From positions 385,206,001-385,270,000 of the forward strand of contig OZ024740.1 in the NCBI GenBank assembly GCA_964016885.1: a DNA stretch of 64,000 nucleotides. Direction: 5' to 3'. This stretch comes from Eledone cirrhosa (Eukaryota). Of the stretch, positions 1 to 16,640 are shown piece by piece (position 1 is the stretch's first letter; every line of letters begins with the position of its first letter). Below the pieces are notes generated by a model. It was not told the origin of the DNA, did no database searches, and worked only from the letters and a program-made list of their open reading frames with translations. The translations under genes were made by a program, and so were the position numbers.

Positions 1-129
1 ATATATATATATATACATATATATATATATGTTTATATATATTTATACATATGCATGTGTATGTGTGTGTGTGTGTATATATATATGTGTATATGTGTGT
101 GTGTGTATATATGTGTGTGTATATGTATG

Positions 130-164
<35 letters not shown>

Positions 165-293
165 ATGTGTATGTGTATATATATATGTATATGTGTGTAT
201 ATATGTATATATATATATATATATGTGTGTGTATATATATATATGTATATATATATGTATGTTTGTGTATATGTATGTTTGTATGTATGTTTG

Positions 294-320
<27 letters not shown>
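1..320. repeat. (TA)n/(TG)n compound microsatellite
   Basis: Only TA/TG dinucleotides; the overlapping YI/CV-rich ORFs are artefacts. Confidence 0.97.
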
Positions 321-328
<8 letters not shown>

Positions 329-1430
329 AAGTGAGTCCTTCATCAGTGACCCTCCAACCGTCCTCAGCATTTCATCGCTTTAAGGGCCATATGCCTCAGG
401 TTGGTGCGAACAACGGCTAAAAAAAGTCGTTGGGACACGTAAATAAAGGGGGACGCTAGAGTAACAACAAAAAGGGTTTAAGCAACGGAAAGTGAGTAGA
501 AATAGACAAGTCCCAGATCTCTATGAATATAAACTCTGTGAAATCGTGAACAAGAGACGAAAGACCATCGAACCTGGTAGAAATGTGAGCAAGGAAAGAA
601 TTTCGCCCAAGTTTGACGGGGGGAAAAAAGAGAGAGAGAGAGAGACAGAAGAAGAAGAAGAAGAAGAAGAAGAAGAAGAAGAAGAAGAAGAAGAAGAAGA
701 AGAAGAAGAAGAAGAAGAAGAAGAAGAAGAAGAAGAAGAAGAAGAAGAAGATAAGGTGGTCTGGTCTGCGAAATCGGTAAACGCAAGTTTTGTGAAGTCA
801 CAGACGAAAGAGAGAGAGAAAAAAATTCCATACCAGCTCGGTCAAGACTGCGCGAGAAAAGAATTACACACAGGTCAAACTTGAAGGAGGAGGAGGAAAG
901 AGGAGGAGGAGAGGTAGTGACAGAGAATGAGTGAGTGAAAGTTGAGGAGAGGGTAACAGAGAGGGAGAGAGACTGCTAGAAGTGGTAAAGATACAAGGAA
1001 CAGACAGATATGCAGCATGGAAAAGTAATATGTGTAAATATGATGATAATAATGGAGCTGCGGCGTTGCAAATGGGATACATATGAAAAAGTGAGTCCTT
1101 CATCAGTGACCCTCCAACCGTCCTCGGCATTTCATCGCTTTAAGGGCCATATGCCTCAGGTTGGTGCGAACAACGGCTAAAAAAAGTCGTTGGGACACGT
1201 AAATAAAGGGGGACGCTAGAGTAACAACAAAAAGGGTTTAAGCAACGGAAAGTGAGTAGAAATAGACAAGTCCCAGATCTCTATGAATATAAACTCTGTG
1301 AAATCGTGAACAAGAGACGAAAGACCATCGAACCTGGTAGAAATGTGAGCAAGGAAAGAATTTCGCCCAAGTTTGACGGGGGGAAAAAAGAGAGAGAGAG
1401 AGAGACAGAGAAAGGAGAGAAGAAGAAGAA

Positions 1431-1461
<31 letters not shown>

Positions 1462-2237
1462 AAGAAGAAGAAGAAGAAGAAGAAGAAGAAGAAGAAGAAG
1501 AAGAAGAAGAAGAAGAAGAAGAAGAAGAAGAAGAAGAAGAAGAAGAAGAAGAAGAAGAAGAAGAAGAAGAAGAAGAAGAAGAAGAAGAAGAAGAAGAAGA
1601 TAAGGTGGTCTGGTCTGCGAAATCGGTAAACGCAAGTTTTGTGAAGTCACAGACGAAAGAGAGAGAGAAAAAAATTCCATACCAGCTCGGTCAAGACTGC
1701 GCGAGAAAAGAATTACACACAGGTCAAACTTGAAGGAGGAGGAGGAAAGAGAAGGAGGAGAAGTAGTGACAGAGAATGAGTGAGTGAAAGTTGAGGAGAG
1801 GGTAACAGAGAGGGAGAGAGACTGCTAGAAGTGGTAAAGATACAAGGAACAGACAGATATGCAGCATGGAAAAGTAATATGTGTAAATATGATGATAATA
1901 ATGGAGCTGCGGCGTTGCAAATGGGATACATATGAAAAAGTGAGTCCTTCATCAGTGACCCTCCAACCGTCCTCGGCATTTCATCGCTTTAAGGGCCATA
2001 TGCCTCAGGTGGGTGCGAACAACGGCTAAAAAAAGTCGTTGGGACACGTAAATAAAGGGGGACGCTAGAGTAACAACAAAAAGGGTTTAAGCAACGGAAA
2101 GTGAGTAGAAATAGACAAGTCCCAGATCTCTATGAATATAAACTCTGTGAAATCGTGAACAAGAGACGAAAGACCATCGAACCTGGTAGAAATGTGAGCA
2201 AGGAAAGAATTTCGCCCAAGTTTGACGGGGGGAAAAA

Positions 2238-2239
<2 letters not shown>
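321..2239. repeat. Tandem array of ~2.4 units (760 and 849 bp) with an internal (GAA)n of variable length
   Basis: ATATGAAAAAGTGAGTCCTTCATCAG recurs at 321, 1081 and 1930. Units are near-identical apart from the (GAA)n tract, and the third copy breaks into (TA)n at ~2240. Confidence 0.95.
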
Positions 2240-3440
<1,201 letters not shown>

Positions 3441-3902
3441 TTTTTTTTTTAATGTGTCTGTTGATTTTTGGCATATAGTTGATTAGTTTAAGAGAAGTTC
3501 GAAGATAATTGTAAGATATGCACTCAGTATTTCGAATCTGTCTACAGAATCCTCTAAACCTTTGTCACTTAGTAGAACCTTAATGATTTTAGCTTTTAAA
3601 GAATCTCCCTTTTCTTTAATTCTATCGACCATGACTGACCCCCCACTGATCTTATAGACATCTGTTAGCTTAAGAGAAACTTAATGACAAGGAATGGTAT
3701 GCCATCCGGAACCTGTTTATAGAATTCTGTCTGCCCTTGTTACTCTAAAAACATAAATAAATAAAAATAAAAATAAACTATAGCTTTGTAGCATTAGCTT
3801 TTAATGAATTCCCTTTTCTATCAACCAATGACCTACACCCATCCCACTCCCCACCCTCTCCTACCACTTGTAGATAAATACCATTTTTATTTTTTGATAC
3901 CC

Positions 3903-3953
3903 AGATTCCTGATGATTTCTAATGAATGAAACAGTTCTAGTCCTGTAGAATCT
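3903..3953 (+). ncRNA. Type I hammerhead ribozyme upstream of a PLE ORF
   Basis: agattc-CTGATGA-t.ttc taat gaa.t-GAAA-cag ttctagtc ctg-TA-gaatct: 6-bp stem I, intact core, GUA cleavage triplet. Confidence 0.85.
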
Positions 3954-4083
3954 CATCTATATTAAAACTGTTATACTCTGCTATGTATTGAGTACCTTAC
4001 TTACTGTGGTTACCTCCGATTCAACCCGGAATAACGTACATTTTAGCACTCTCTGTGCCCCTTATAACCATCATCAAGAAACC

Positions 4084-5495
4084 ATGCTGACCAAACTCGA
4101 CCTTGATATGTCCTTGAAGAACATCCCTATCCCTCCAAGGAAACTATACTTAAAAACACTCATCAGACGTACCGACGAGTTCATCAAGCGAATTAGATGG
4201 AGGGCCTTCTTCCTCGACAACCCTGATGTAGCATCTACCAATGATGAGAAGTTCGGCTTCAAAACGAATAAGACACCACCCACCAACAGCCTACTCCAAC
4301 CATTTGAAGAAGACCTCTTCAAGATGATCAAGGATATTAAATTCCGTACAGCCACCACACCATTCCAGGCCTACTTAAATGCCGAATTACGGAATATAAA
4401 AAAATCCCCTAATCTTTATGTCTCCTCCGATAAAACCAAAAACGTTTATGAGGTAGACCCACAGACCTACAATAAGCTGGCAAAAAATACCATCACGACC
4501 ACCTACAAAAAGGTAATAGAGAGGGCACTGACTGAGACAAACGCGGCCGGAAAAGAAATCGCCAAGTCCCTTAAATTACACGACCGAACCGAACCTTTAA
4601 GGGTAAAGACCCCGCACTTTACCCTGAAGGACCATAAGGGAAATTTCCTCAACAAACCATCAGTCAGACTTATCAACCCCACTCGTTCTGACATCGGCTC
4701 TATCAGTAAGAAGATCCTGGATAGAGTTCTACCATCATTGCGGGCAGCCTCACCACTTCCACTCTGGAGCAGAACATCTGAGGCAATATCATGGTTCCAA
4801 AAATTACCCGATAAACACCACACTCGCTTCCTGCAACTCGACATAGAAAACTACTATGCCTCTATCTCGGAGCCCCTCCTGAAGGACGCAATTAACTTTG
4901 CCAGGAATGTTACCAACATTACCGATGCTGAGCAAGTTGTTATCCTCCACGCTCGTAAGACCTTTCTATACCACGATGGATCTTACTGGATCAACAAGAA
5001 ATCTCAGACCCCATTTGACGTTAGCATGGGGGCGAGTGACTCGGCTGAAATTAGCGACCTTGTGGGCCTGTACATCCTACATAACCTGAAGAACCTCTTT
5101 ACCGGCCTAACGAGAGGTTTATACCGAGACGACGGCCTCTTCGCCCTGCATAAGGTTAACCCCAGAACCACCGATGGGTTTCGGAAAAACTTAAGCTCTT
5201 TCTTCTCTAATCTAGGATTTAGTATAACTATAGATTCTAATTTGACTAGGGCCAACTTCTTAGATGTCACTCTCGACCTAGATACTTCCCTCTATTACCC
5301 GTACCACAAACCTAACGAGTCCCTTAAATATATTAATGTTAATTCAAACCACCCCCAAAACATCACTGATAACCTAGTAAAAAGCGTCTCTATTAGAATA
5401 TCTGGCCTCTCCGCCAACAAAGATATTTTTAATGCATCTGCCTCCTACTACAATGACGCCCTCGCCCGTAGCGGATTTAAAGATAAGATAACTTA

Positions 5496-5498
<3 letters not shown>
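4084..5498 (+). CDS. Penelope-like element reverse transcriptase, 3'-truncated (no GIY-YIG domain)
   Basis: Uninterrupted frame (ORF 3988-5688, first ATG at 4084) with [43 protein letters not shown] and YHKPN..YIN..SNHP motifs. Runs into (TA)n at ~5499. Confidence 0.9.
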
Positions 5499-5577
<79 letters not shown>

Positions 5578-5652
5578 TGTGTGTGTGTGTGTGTGTGTAT
5601 ACATACATATATATATATGTATATATGTATATATATATATATTTTATCCCAG

Positions 5653-6219
5653 TACAACCTGTCCCATGGTCGGGTCGTTGGCGACTAAACTGGCAACCCC
5701 AACAAGGTTTGTTGGTGAGGAGGGTGACTTTGGACATCCTGCAGGACTAAAAACAAAACCTGTCAAAGGGCAAAGAAGCTCTTAAGAGTCAATGGCCATC
5801 CAAAATCACCGGGAGAGATGACCCCTTAGCCTTTGTCAAGGCAGAATTCTAGGAGAAGGTAAACTCTGATATAACACCTGCAACCCTGATTTTATCCAAT
5901 GATGTTGACTTGTTCTTCTTTTTGGTAAATATCATCTTGGTTAAGAGAGTGGGGCTGGTTTTGTGCAGTGCCTTTGCTCACTATAAAAGCTTCACAGCAC
6001 AGGCATTGCTTTATATCTGGAGATCTCTCTGCACTTGTCGTCACAGGGTACCATGGTCCAGCACTATGTGTCAGTAATTGTCACAAGTGTAGTGTTTGTA
6101 CCAGAGTTTTCAAGTCGCTGGCTGGACTAAAAAGTCACACTCGTTCAGCGCATCGGTAGGAGTTCTCCTACATGGATATAAAGTAGTGGCCGTACTCGAA
6201 AACGAGTTGGCAGCCACCA
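5653..6219 (+). mobile_element. Internally deleted RTE-like element / RTE-derived SINE (5' UTR joined to 3' end)
   Basis: GGAGAAGGTAAACTCTGAT RTE-5'UTR-like motif, C2H2 remnant [22 protein letters not shown], and 3' stem-loop ACTCGAAAACGAGT; diverged copy at ~11800-12317. Confidence 0.6.
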
Positions 6220-6327
6220 TATATACATATACATATAAGCATATATATATATATGTATATATGTATATATACATATATATATGTTTGTGTGTGTGTGTAT
6301 ATATATATATACATATATTCATATATT

Positions 6328-6461
<134 letters not shown>

Positions 6462-6703
6462 TATATATACTGGTATCCACCTGTCCATGGTAAGGCCAAT
6501 AACGATGGGAGGAATTTATTATATCAATATTAATATGGAATTGGATAACTACTATCGATTAGTCACTATATCGATTTATCGATTAATCAAGCAAATTCTG
6601 GAACGATTGTAAAACAATAACTAATTAAGCACTAAATTTCGCCTTTTGTTTTCATTGCTCAACCTATATATATATATATATATACAAAATTAAATGTGTC
6701 ATG

Positions 6704-6770
<67 letters not shown>

Positions 6771-6871
6771 TTTTTACGTTTGGCACAAGGCAAGCAAATA
6801 CCAAGTGCATTACTGGTTCTTTATTTTATCGATCCCTTAAGATATATATATATATATATATATCTCAAATA

Positions 6872-7070
6872 TATATCTCAAATTCGAGTAGTATTCGATG
6901 CATTATGGGATACACAGTCAGTATATTAATGAGGTAGAGATCCGCTAGCGAGCTCAGTTGGTTTCAACTAATAACTTCTCCAACCTTCTTATTGCTCTGA
7001 GCAAGCATGAAAAGGTTACAAGCTTAAACCACCCGAGCTCGCGATTAGACGGACTTCTACCTCATTAATA
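6872..7070. repeat. ~200-bp element with imperfect internal inverted repeats; near-identical copy at 37274-37470
   Basis: ATATTAATGAGGTAGA...TCTACCTCATTAATAT inverted ends; the two copies differ by only a couple of bases; a further inverted piece lies at 7134-7190. Confidence 0.8.
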
Positions 7071-7504
7071 TGTATATATATATATATATATACATATTAA
7101 TGAGGTATATATATATATATATTTATATATACATATTAATGCGGTAGAAGTCAGTCTAATCGCGAGCTCGGGTGGTTTAAGGTTGTAACCTCCAACTGGA
7201 GGTATATGATTTTTAAAGCGATGAAATACCAATGAAGGTTGGAAAATCACTGATGAAGGACTATTTTTATCATATGTAACCCATGTGCAACCACACAGTA
7301 TTCTTTTTTCTCATGTTTTTTTATATATATATATATATATATATACATTAAAATTAATGTTACCTTAACGATAACAGCTATACATCAAATTGACACTGAC
7401 CATTTCTATTTAGATTTAAGTTATACCAATCAGTCAGAACATCCCATCGAGCGAGTTATTTATTTATTTACTTATTTATTTATTTATATATATTTATATA
7501 CTTA

Positions 7505-7559
<55 letters not shown>

Positions 7560-7565
<6 letters not shown>

Positions 7566-7922
7566 AAAAAGGGATGAAATCGAAAATGCAACTGAAGTCT
7601 TATTTTTTTTAAAAATATATATATTTATTTGGTTCCTTTACCGGTTTCGCAGTTCTTCTGCTTTTCAAAAGGTGAGTTGAGATGGAGGGTCTGTGGTTTT
7701 TCTCACATCTGATGTGAGAAAAACCACAGACCCTCCATCTCAACTCACCTTTTGAAAAGCAGAAGAACTGCGAAACCGGTAAAGGAACCAAATAAATATA
7801 TATATTTAAAAAAAAAATAAGACTTCAGTTGCATTTTCGATTTCATCCCTTTTTCTTTATACTTCCACTCGTGTAGGACACCTCGGTTATTTTTCATTTT
7901 GTAAAAAAACCTCACTTTCTAA
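7560..7922. repeat. ~150-bp-arm palindrome centred at 7710, made of a pLTR-like unit; third copy at 8853-9061
   Basis: ...CTCACATC-T-GATGTGAG... junction; the arms are near-perfect reverse complements. Confidence 0.9.
7748..7785 (+). ncRNA. Minimal hammerhead-like motif with variant core (UUGAAAA); inverted copies at 7635-7672 and 8987-9023
   Basis: cctt-TTGAAAA-gcag aagaa ctgc-GAAA-ccgg-TA-aagg; palindromic stem III. Confidence 0.55.
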
Positions 7923-7971
7923 TATATATATATATATATATATATGTTTGTGTGTGTATGTGTGTGTATGC

Positions 7972-8833
<862 letters not shown>

Positions 8834-9100
8834 TTATATATATATATATATATATTAGAAAGTGAGGTTTTTTTTACAAAATGAAAAAAATCGAGGTGTC
8901 CTACACGAGTGAAGGTATAAGGAAAAAAGATGAAATCAAAAATGCAACTGGAGTCTTTTTTTATGAAAATATATATTTATTTGTTTCCTTTACCGGTTTC
9001 GCAGTTCTTCTGCTTTTCAAAAGTAGAATTGAGATGGAGGGTTTGTGGTTTTTCTCACATCTATATATTTTTTCATATCTATAAATATATAGATAGATAT

Positions 9101-10414
<1,314 letters not shown>

Positions 10415-11799
10415 AATGTATAAAACAGTAATAATATATATATATGTGTATGTGTGAGACCGTGTGAGAGTGTGTGTCTGTGCGTGCGTGCGTGTGAGTG
10501 TGTGTGAGTGTGTGTTTGGGGGGTGTAGATAGATGAACAACTGTGGACTCGAACGTCCAATACTCGTCGCTTTATTGATGTGAAAGCATCTGTTTAATCG
10601 TTCAGATTGTGGCAAATATCTGAATGATCAGACACGTGTTTTCATGCGTGTCATATTCCAAGTAATACAACTGTTCATCTACAAATATAAACTGTACACA
10701 ATCTATGAAGTGCTTTTGTGTTTCATTTGGTTATCTTTCAGTTAGTCTTATTCTTTTTTTATCTCGAACTTTATTTCTTTTTCTTATTACGCTCATTGTT
10801 GTGATTTTCCAGCACTTGTTCCAATTCAAACAGAACATTATCTTATTCTTGAGATCATCTTTGTCTTCTTTCCGCATTTCTAAGTCAAACAGTTTCTCAG
10901 TGGCTGAGAATTTCTATGTCTGTTTGATTTGCAATTAATTTTGTATATTTGAAATGTCATCTCTTCACTGCCTTACTCTACTTCATTATTGTCATGACTC
11001 ACTCTCCTAAAGTCATTATTTCCTCGCTTCCTCTTTTCTTTCTATGTAGTTCCTTCTGCTTTTTTTAACTTTCAATGAAAATCTGCATCCAACTCTTCTC
11101 TTCATTTCCTCACATCTTTTCTCCACACATTCAGCGAAGTCACATGAATTTCTATCTAGACGATTTGCTATCTTTCTCTCCACGTGTAATATATTTTATC
11201 AGGTCACCTCTTCGACCCCCCCCCTCTTTAATCTAGAACGTTATCAGTCTCCTTCCCACTTCCAGTTACCCACGCTATCTCTTCATTTCTCATAGTTTGT
11301 TTCAACCCTTTCTATGCTCACCTGACTGCTTTCATTGCTTACAGGCTGACTGCAGACTCTCTCTCTCTCACTCTCTCTCTCTCTCTTTCTTTCTTTATTT
11401 ATTTCTCTTTCTCTTGTTCTCTCTCTAACCTTCACTCTCTTCTTATCTATCTATCTATCTAGCTCTCACTCACTTCCTCTCTCAACATTTCCCCCTCTTT
11501 TCCCCCTCTCTTTCTCTCTTGCTCTCTATCTATCTAGCTCTCACTCACGTCCACTCTCAACATACCCCCCTCTCTCTCTCTCTGTCGTTCTCTTTTCTAT
11601 TTATCTATCTAATCTCTTATTTTAAAATTCGTTCTCACTGCACATATAGCATGAAATAAGTAAACCAGGAAACAAAAATACGGATAGGTGACTTGGCCTT
11701 TTATGATGCATATATATATATATGTGTGTGTGTGTGTATGTACATTACATCTGGTCACGCTTCAGCTATGTTACTGTTAACATGTAGTCCAGTTCAACT

Positions 11800-12317
11800 T
11801 GTGTATTGTCGGGACGTCGATGACTAAACCGGCAACCCTATCAAGCTTGCATACTTGGTGAGGAGGGCACTTTTGGACACCCTGCAGGATGAAAAACAAA
11901 ACTCGTCAAAGCGCGGAGTAACTCAGGAGAGTCAACGGCCATCCAATACATTATTTGTTGTTTGATTATTTTTTTTTTTTTTTGAGGAGCGAGTGACTCG
12001 TAATCTTCATTAAGACATCTCTTTGGGAGAAAGTCACTAATATAAAACCTGCGACTTCATTTACATCCAATGATGTAGACCCGTTATACTATTTGGGTAA
12101 ATACATTCGATGTTCGGATAGTGTGATTGGCCCGCGCAAACATTTCCTCGCTTAAAAAAGCTTCAAGCACAGTCATCGCTTGATATGTGACATTTTCTGT
12201 GATGCATGCCATTGCTGGCCATAGGCAAGACCCTAGCAGGACTAAAACGCCACGTCTCTGATGTTCATGGTTAAGTATCAAGCGATAGCATTACTCGAAA
12301 ACGAGTTGCAGCCATCA
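11800..12317 (+). mobile_element. Second diverged RTE-derived non-autonomous copy
   Basis: Collinear with 5653-6219: GACTAAAC.GGCAACCC, GAGTCAA.GGCCATCCAA, ATCCAATGATG, ACTCGAAAACGAGTTG. Confidence 0.6.
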
Positions 12318-12506
12318 TGTATTTATGTATGTATGTACGTATATACAAGTATACATGTATATATATGTCTTTGCATACGTTCACACGCATGTGTGTGTGT
12401 TTGTTTATGTGTGTGTGCGCGCGCAAAATGTAAGCAGAAATAAAGCACACAGCAGAGTACAATGAAGAAATATATTAGTTTAACGCTTGAAATAATAGGA
12501 AAAGGA

Positions 12507-12542
12507 TCTTAACGTTTTGGACACTAGTCTTTCATCAGAAGA
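12507..12542 (-). ncRNA. Degenerate minimal hammerhead (solo pLTR)
   Basis: Minus strand: tctt-CTGATGA-aagac tagt gtcc-AAAA-cg-TT-aaga; GAAA is mutated to AAAA. Confidence 0.5.
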
Positions 12543-12739
12543 TAGATTGAGAAATAAAAGATGAAATAGAAGGATATAGAGGGAGAAAAAGAAGGAATGG
12601 AAAAGAAATTGAGAAATCACACACGCGCGTATTCAGTTAGCCGTGTTGGCATATATATATATATTTAAATATTTCTATAACCTTCTATACAAACTATCGA
12701 AACATTGAGTAATTTATAATTCTTTTAGAAAATGTAACA

Positions 12740-13390
12740 CTCACAAACGCTCCGTGGCGGCAACTGGCCAATCTTTCCGTCTTTGGGGTACAGAGCAACG
12801 AACCAGCCTCAAGTTTCTTGTTTCGTTGTGGAAAACATCGTCAGAAGCACTCGGAATACTGCAGAAAATGTACGGAGATGAGACAATGCCGCGCTCATGG
12901 GATTTCGAGTGGTACAAAAGGTTCAAAGAAAGGTTCATGGAAGACGATCCCAGTAGCAGAAAGCCTTCAACAGACTAGACAGAGTCTAATGTTGAAAACG
13001 TGATGTAGGTGGTGTGTGGTGATCGTCGGCTAACTGTTCCACTGATCGCAAGTGAGCTGGGCATGAACCACGACATCGTTTGGAAGATTATCACCGAAGA
13101 TGTGGCCATGCGAAAGATCTGCGCGAAGGATGATGCCGAAGCTGCTGAACAATGACCAGAAGGAATGATCCATGCAGGTGTATCAGGACATCCTCGAGCA
13201 TCTTGAAACCGAACCAGATATGCCGGGGAGAGTCATCACCGATGATGAGTCAAGGGGACCCATTTTCCGGACGTGAAAGCCACCAAGAAGGCCGTGACGA
13301 CGAAGCTGTGAAGAATCCCTGGAGAAGGATGGGAATATGTTTTAGAATCGAGAGGATTAGTTTGGATTTGAAGTATTTTTTACGACACCC
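12740..13390 (+). pseudogene. Mariner transposase remnant, internally deleted
   Basis: EQRTSLKF...KTSSEALGILQKMYGDETM.RS..FEWYKRFKE...EDDPSSRKPST, then DRRLTV..IASELG...WKIITED..MRKICAK; stops and frameshifts. Confidence 0.85.
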
Positions 13391-13420
13391 GCCTTTTTTA
13401 CACACCTCGTATATATATAT

Positions 13421-13465
<45 letters not shown>

Positions 13466-13776
13466 TTTAATTCCTTTAAATCTTCATCAACACTCCTTCA
13501 CTCCCACACTCATTGACCGCCCCCAACAAACCCACATATCTTATATATAGAGTCACACATCAAAACATAGCCTGAGATCAGTTTGACAATCGCCACCGAC
13601 GAATGCGAGAAAGTTCTCCTGGAAAGTTAACCAGAAATCTTTAAAATATCTCCCCGTTGATGTTAACAAAGAACTTACTAGATCTACAAAACCAAATTGT
13701 AAAATTACAATATTATTAAATGAAATTAAATTGTTTAGAACTACAAGTGAAGTCATTCTTTTCCTTCTTTTAAATA

Positions 13777-13840
<64 letters not shown>

Positions 13841-14466
13841 AATGGAAGTTCACCTAATCGAAGCTCCGGTTGCAGCTATGCTAACGAATGCAATCGGAAT
13901 GTGCAGCTAAGAACTCAATAAGGTATTTTACCTTAGAGTAATAACATTACGTTTAGACAGCTTGGCAAATTGAAGATTGTGACCGGTAAGCCAGCCGCAA
14001 GGACCAAAGCAACGAGAAAACCAACTCAGGATAATTTGACAAAGCTGGACCATCGCCTCGATATTAAGCAATATCTCCGGTAGGTTTCTGTGAATTCGAA
14101 ATCAACAAAATCCACTTGCAGGGTATGCAAGTTATTGGTTTTGGAAGATCGAACAGAGGATTCACTTTCGCAACAGGTTTCCGTTCTATGCCGCTGTCGG
14201 GTTTGAATTATAACAGCAAGACTGCTGGTGGTCCCGTGGTTTTCCCAAAGTGAGGTAACCCCGGTTTTTGGCGGTCGAAATTCAAATTTTGAACAAAGCA
14301 ATAAATTCCTTTCCACAAACCGAATAAAGCTCTCGACCAGACGTTGTTAAATAAACATAAATAATTAACCAATCAATAGAATTGTCTAATTAAATTAATC
14401 AATTAATCATTAAGTCTAAGAGATAATAATACAGATGGAAGTTCAGCATAATCGAAGCTCTGGCTT

Positions 14467-14723
14467 ATATTGTTATAATTTGGGAGGGTCATGCTACACA
14501 CAAAAACAAGATGGTGTAGGACAGAACAAAGGAGAGACACAAAATAAAAGCCTAGTCACTGAGGAGGTCACAGAATGTGTGACGAAAGAGCTTTAACAGT
14601 ATATAAACAACCATCCGGTTATCGAACCAACCAACCAGCCGGAAATTTATAATACATTAAAGTGAAACCAAGAAGTGCGTGTATTTTTATTGGTAGCATG
14701 ACCCTCCCAAAGTATAGCAATAT
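14467..14723 (+). mobile_element. Solo PLE pLTR with a short inverted 5' tail and a hammerhead (14554-14598); same family as 43915-46260
   Basis: Inverted ends ATATTGTTATA.TTTGGGAGGGTCATG / CATGACCCTCCCAAAGTATAGCAATAT; agtca-CTGAGGA-g.gtcac agaatgt gtgac-GAAA-gagc-TT-taaca. Confidence 0.75.
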
Positions 14724-14766
14724 TTGTTTCAAATAAAAAATCTTAGAAAACAAATTCAAAAACGAA

Positions 14767-14808
<42 letters not shown>

Positions 14809-15709
14809 GCGTATTTTGCATCTCTGTCTTTGTTATTCACATAACTAATCAGGTTGAAGATGAGTTCCGGCGTTCATTTAGCTAGATATTTGAATTTTAC
14901 AGTCAACGCGTGTTTCTTTCTAACGGCACGGCTGATTCCACTGATCTCACTTTTAGAAGGTCACGTAATTCTGTCACAGCATTAAACTACTATCACTGTT
15001 ATGCATCAGCTTTGCTCTGTAAGTTTCTCAGATAAAAATCTGCCGTTGGGATTGTGACTGATCTCCCGGTGATTATATGTTACGTCAGTCAGAGGTATAT
15101 AGTATTTGTAATATTTGGAAATATTCTGAGAAGCACAAATATCATGCATAATATATATGTTATGATACCTTAAATTCACTATTTGTTGAGCTGCTGCGAC
15201 TAAAAGTTCGTACCTCTTTCTAGTGGAAATGACATCCTGTTTTGTTCGTATCTGAAGCCTGGGGTTAAATGTTTTTACACCACGCTGCTTTTCACGTTGG
15301 GATAGATCGTGAATCCTCGCAGATATAGACAGGCATTTTGTATAATAAACTCTATTGCAAATATATGTAATTTTAATTGACGTCATTCTTCTCATGATTG
15401 ATTCGCGTGTCCCATAACTTAACCAAAATTGATTGTTAGTGATCAATGGTCGAGTGCTTGGATAGATTTTATGTTATGGTCCTCCTCGAATCATGAAATG
15501 GCCATAAGGAAATGAGAACTTTTTCCATCCGAAGTACGTATTCTTCGTGGATATATGCGCTTTTCATGTGTGTACAAAATGCTGTGTGTTCTCATAAGAT
15601 TATGACTATTTCTATGTCTCTATATATATATCTTATTTTGTTTTATTTATATATATATGTGTGTATATATATGTATGTACACACACAGAAAGACAGACAG
15701 ACAGACATG

Positions 15710-16161
<452 letters not shown>

Positions 16162-16521
16162 AAAGAACACAAGAGCGTCTACAACATCAAACATTTTTTT
16201 ATTGGCTTACAATGTTTCTTCCTTACGTAACCGTAGGATCAGAGCTATAAAAGGGGTTTGATTGGTGTTATGGACTCTACCAACCAAACATTCAAGAACA
16301 AAGAGTAAAGAGAGTAAAGAGCAAAAGCAGGGGACAATAAGTCTAATTTTGGTGCGGGGTGGGGTGTGGGTCCTTGTTTACTAGCTGTGGTCATATTCGT
16401 TCCCGGGAGTCGAGTGGTTAGTGGAGCCATAGGGCTCTGCTCCAAAGCATAGAGCTAATTATTATGCTGCCAATACCTTAATGGGACACGGGTATACAAT
16501 ACCTAACTCCTATTAACCTAA

Positions 16522-16583
<62 letters not shown>

Positions 16584-16592
16584 CAAAATGCC

Positions 16593-16640
<48 letters not shown>

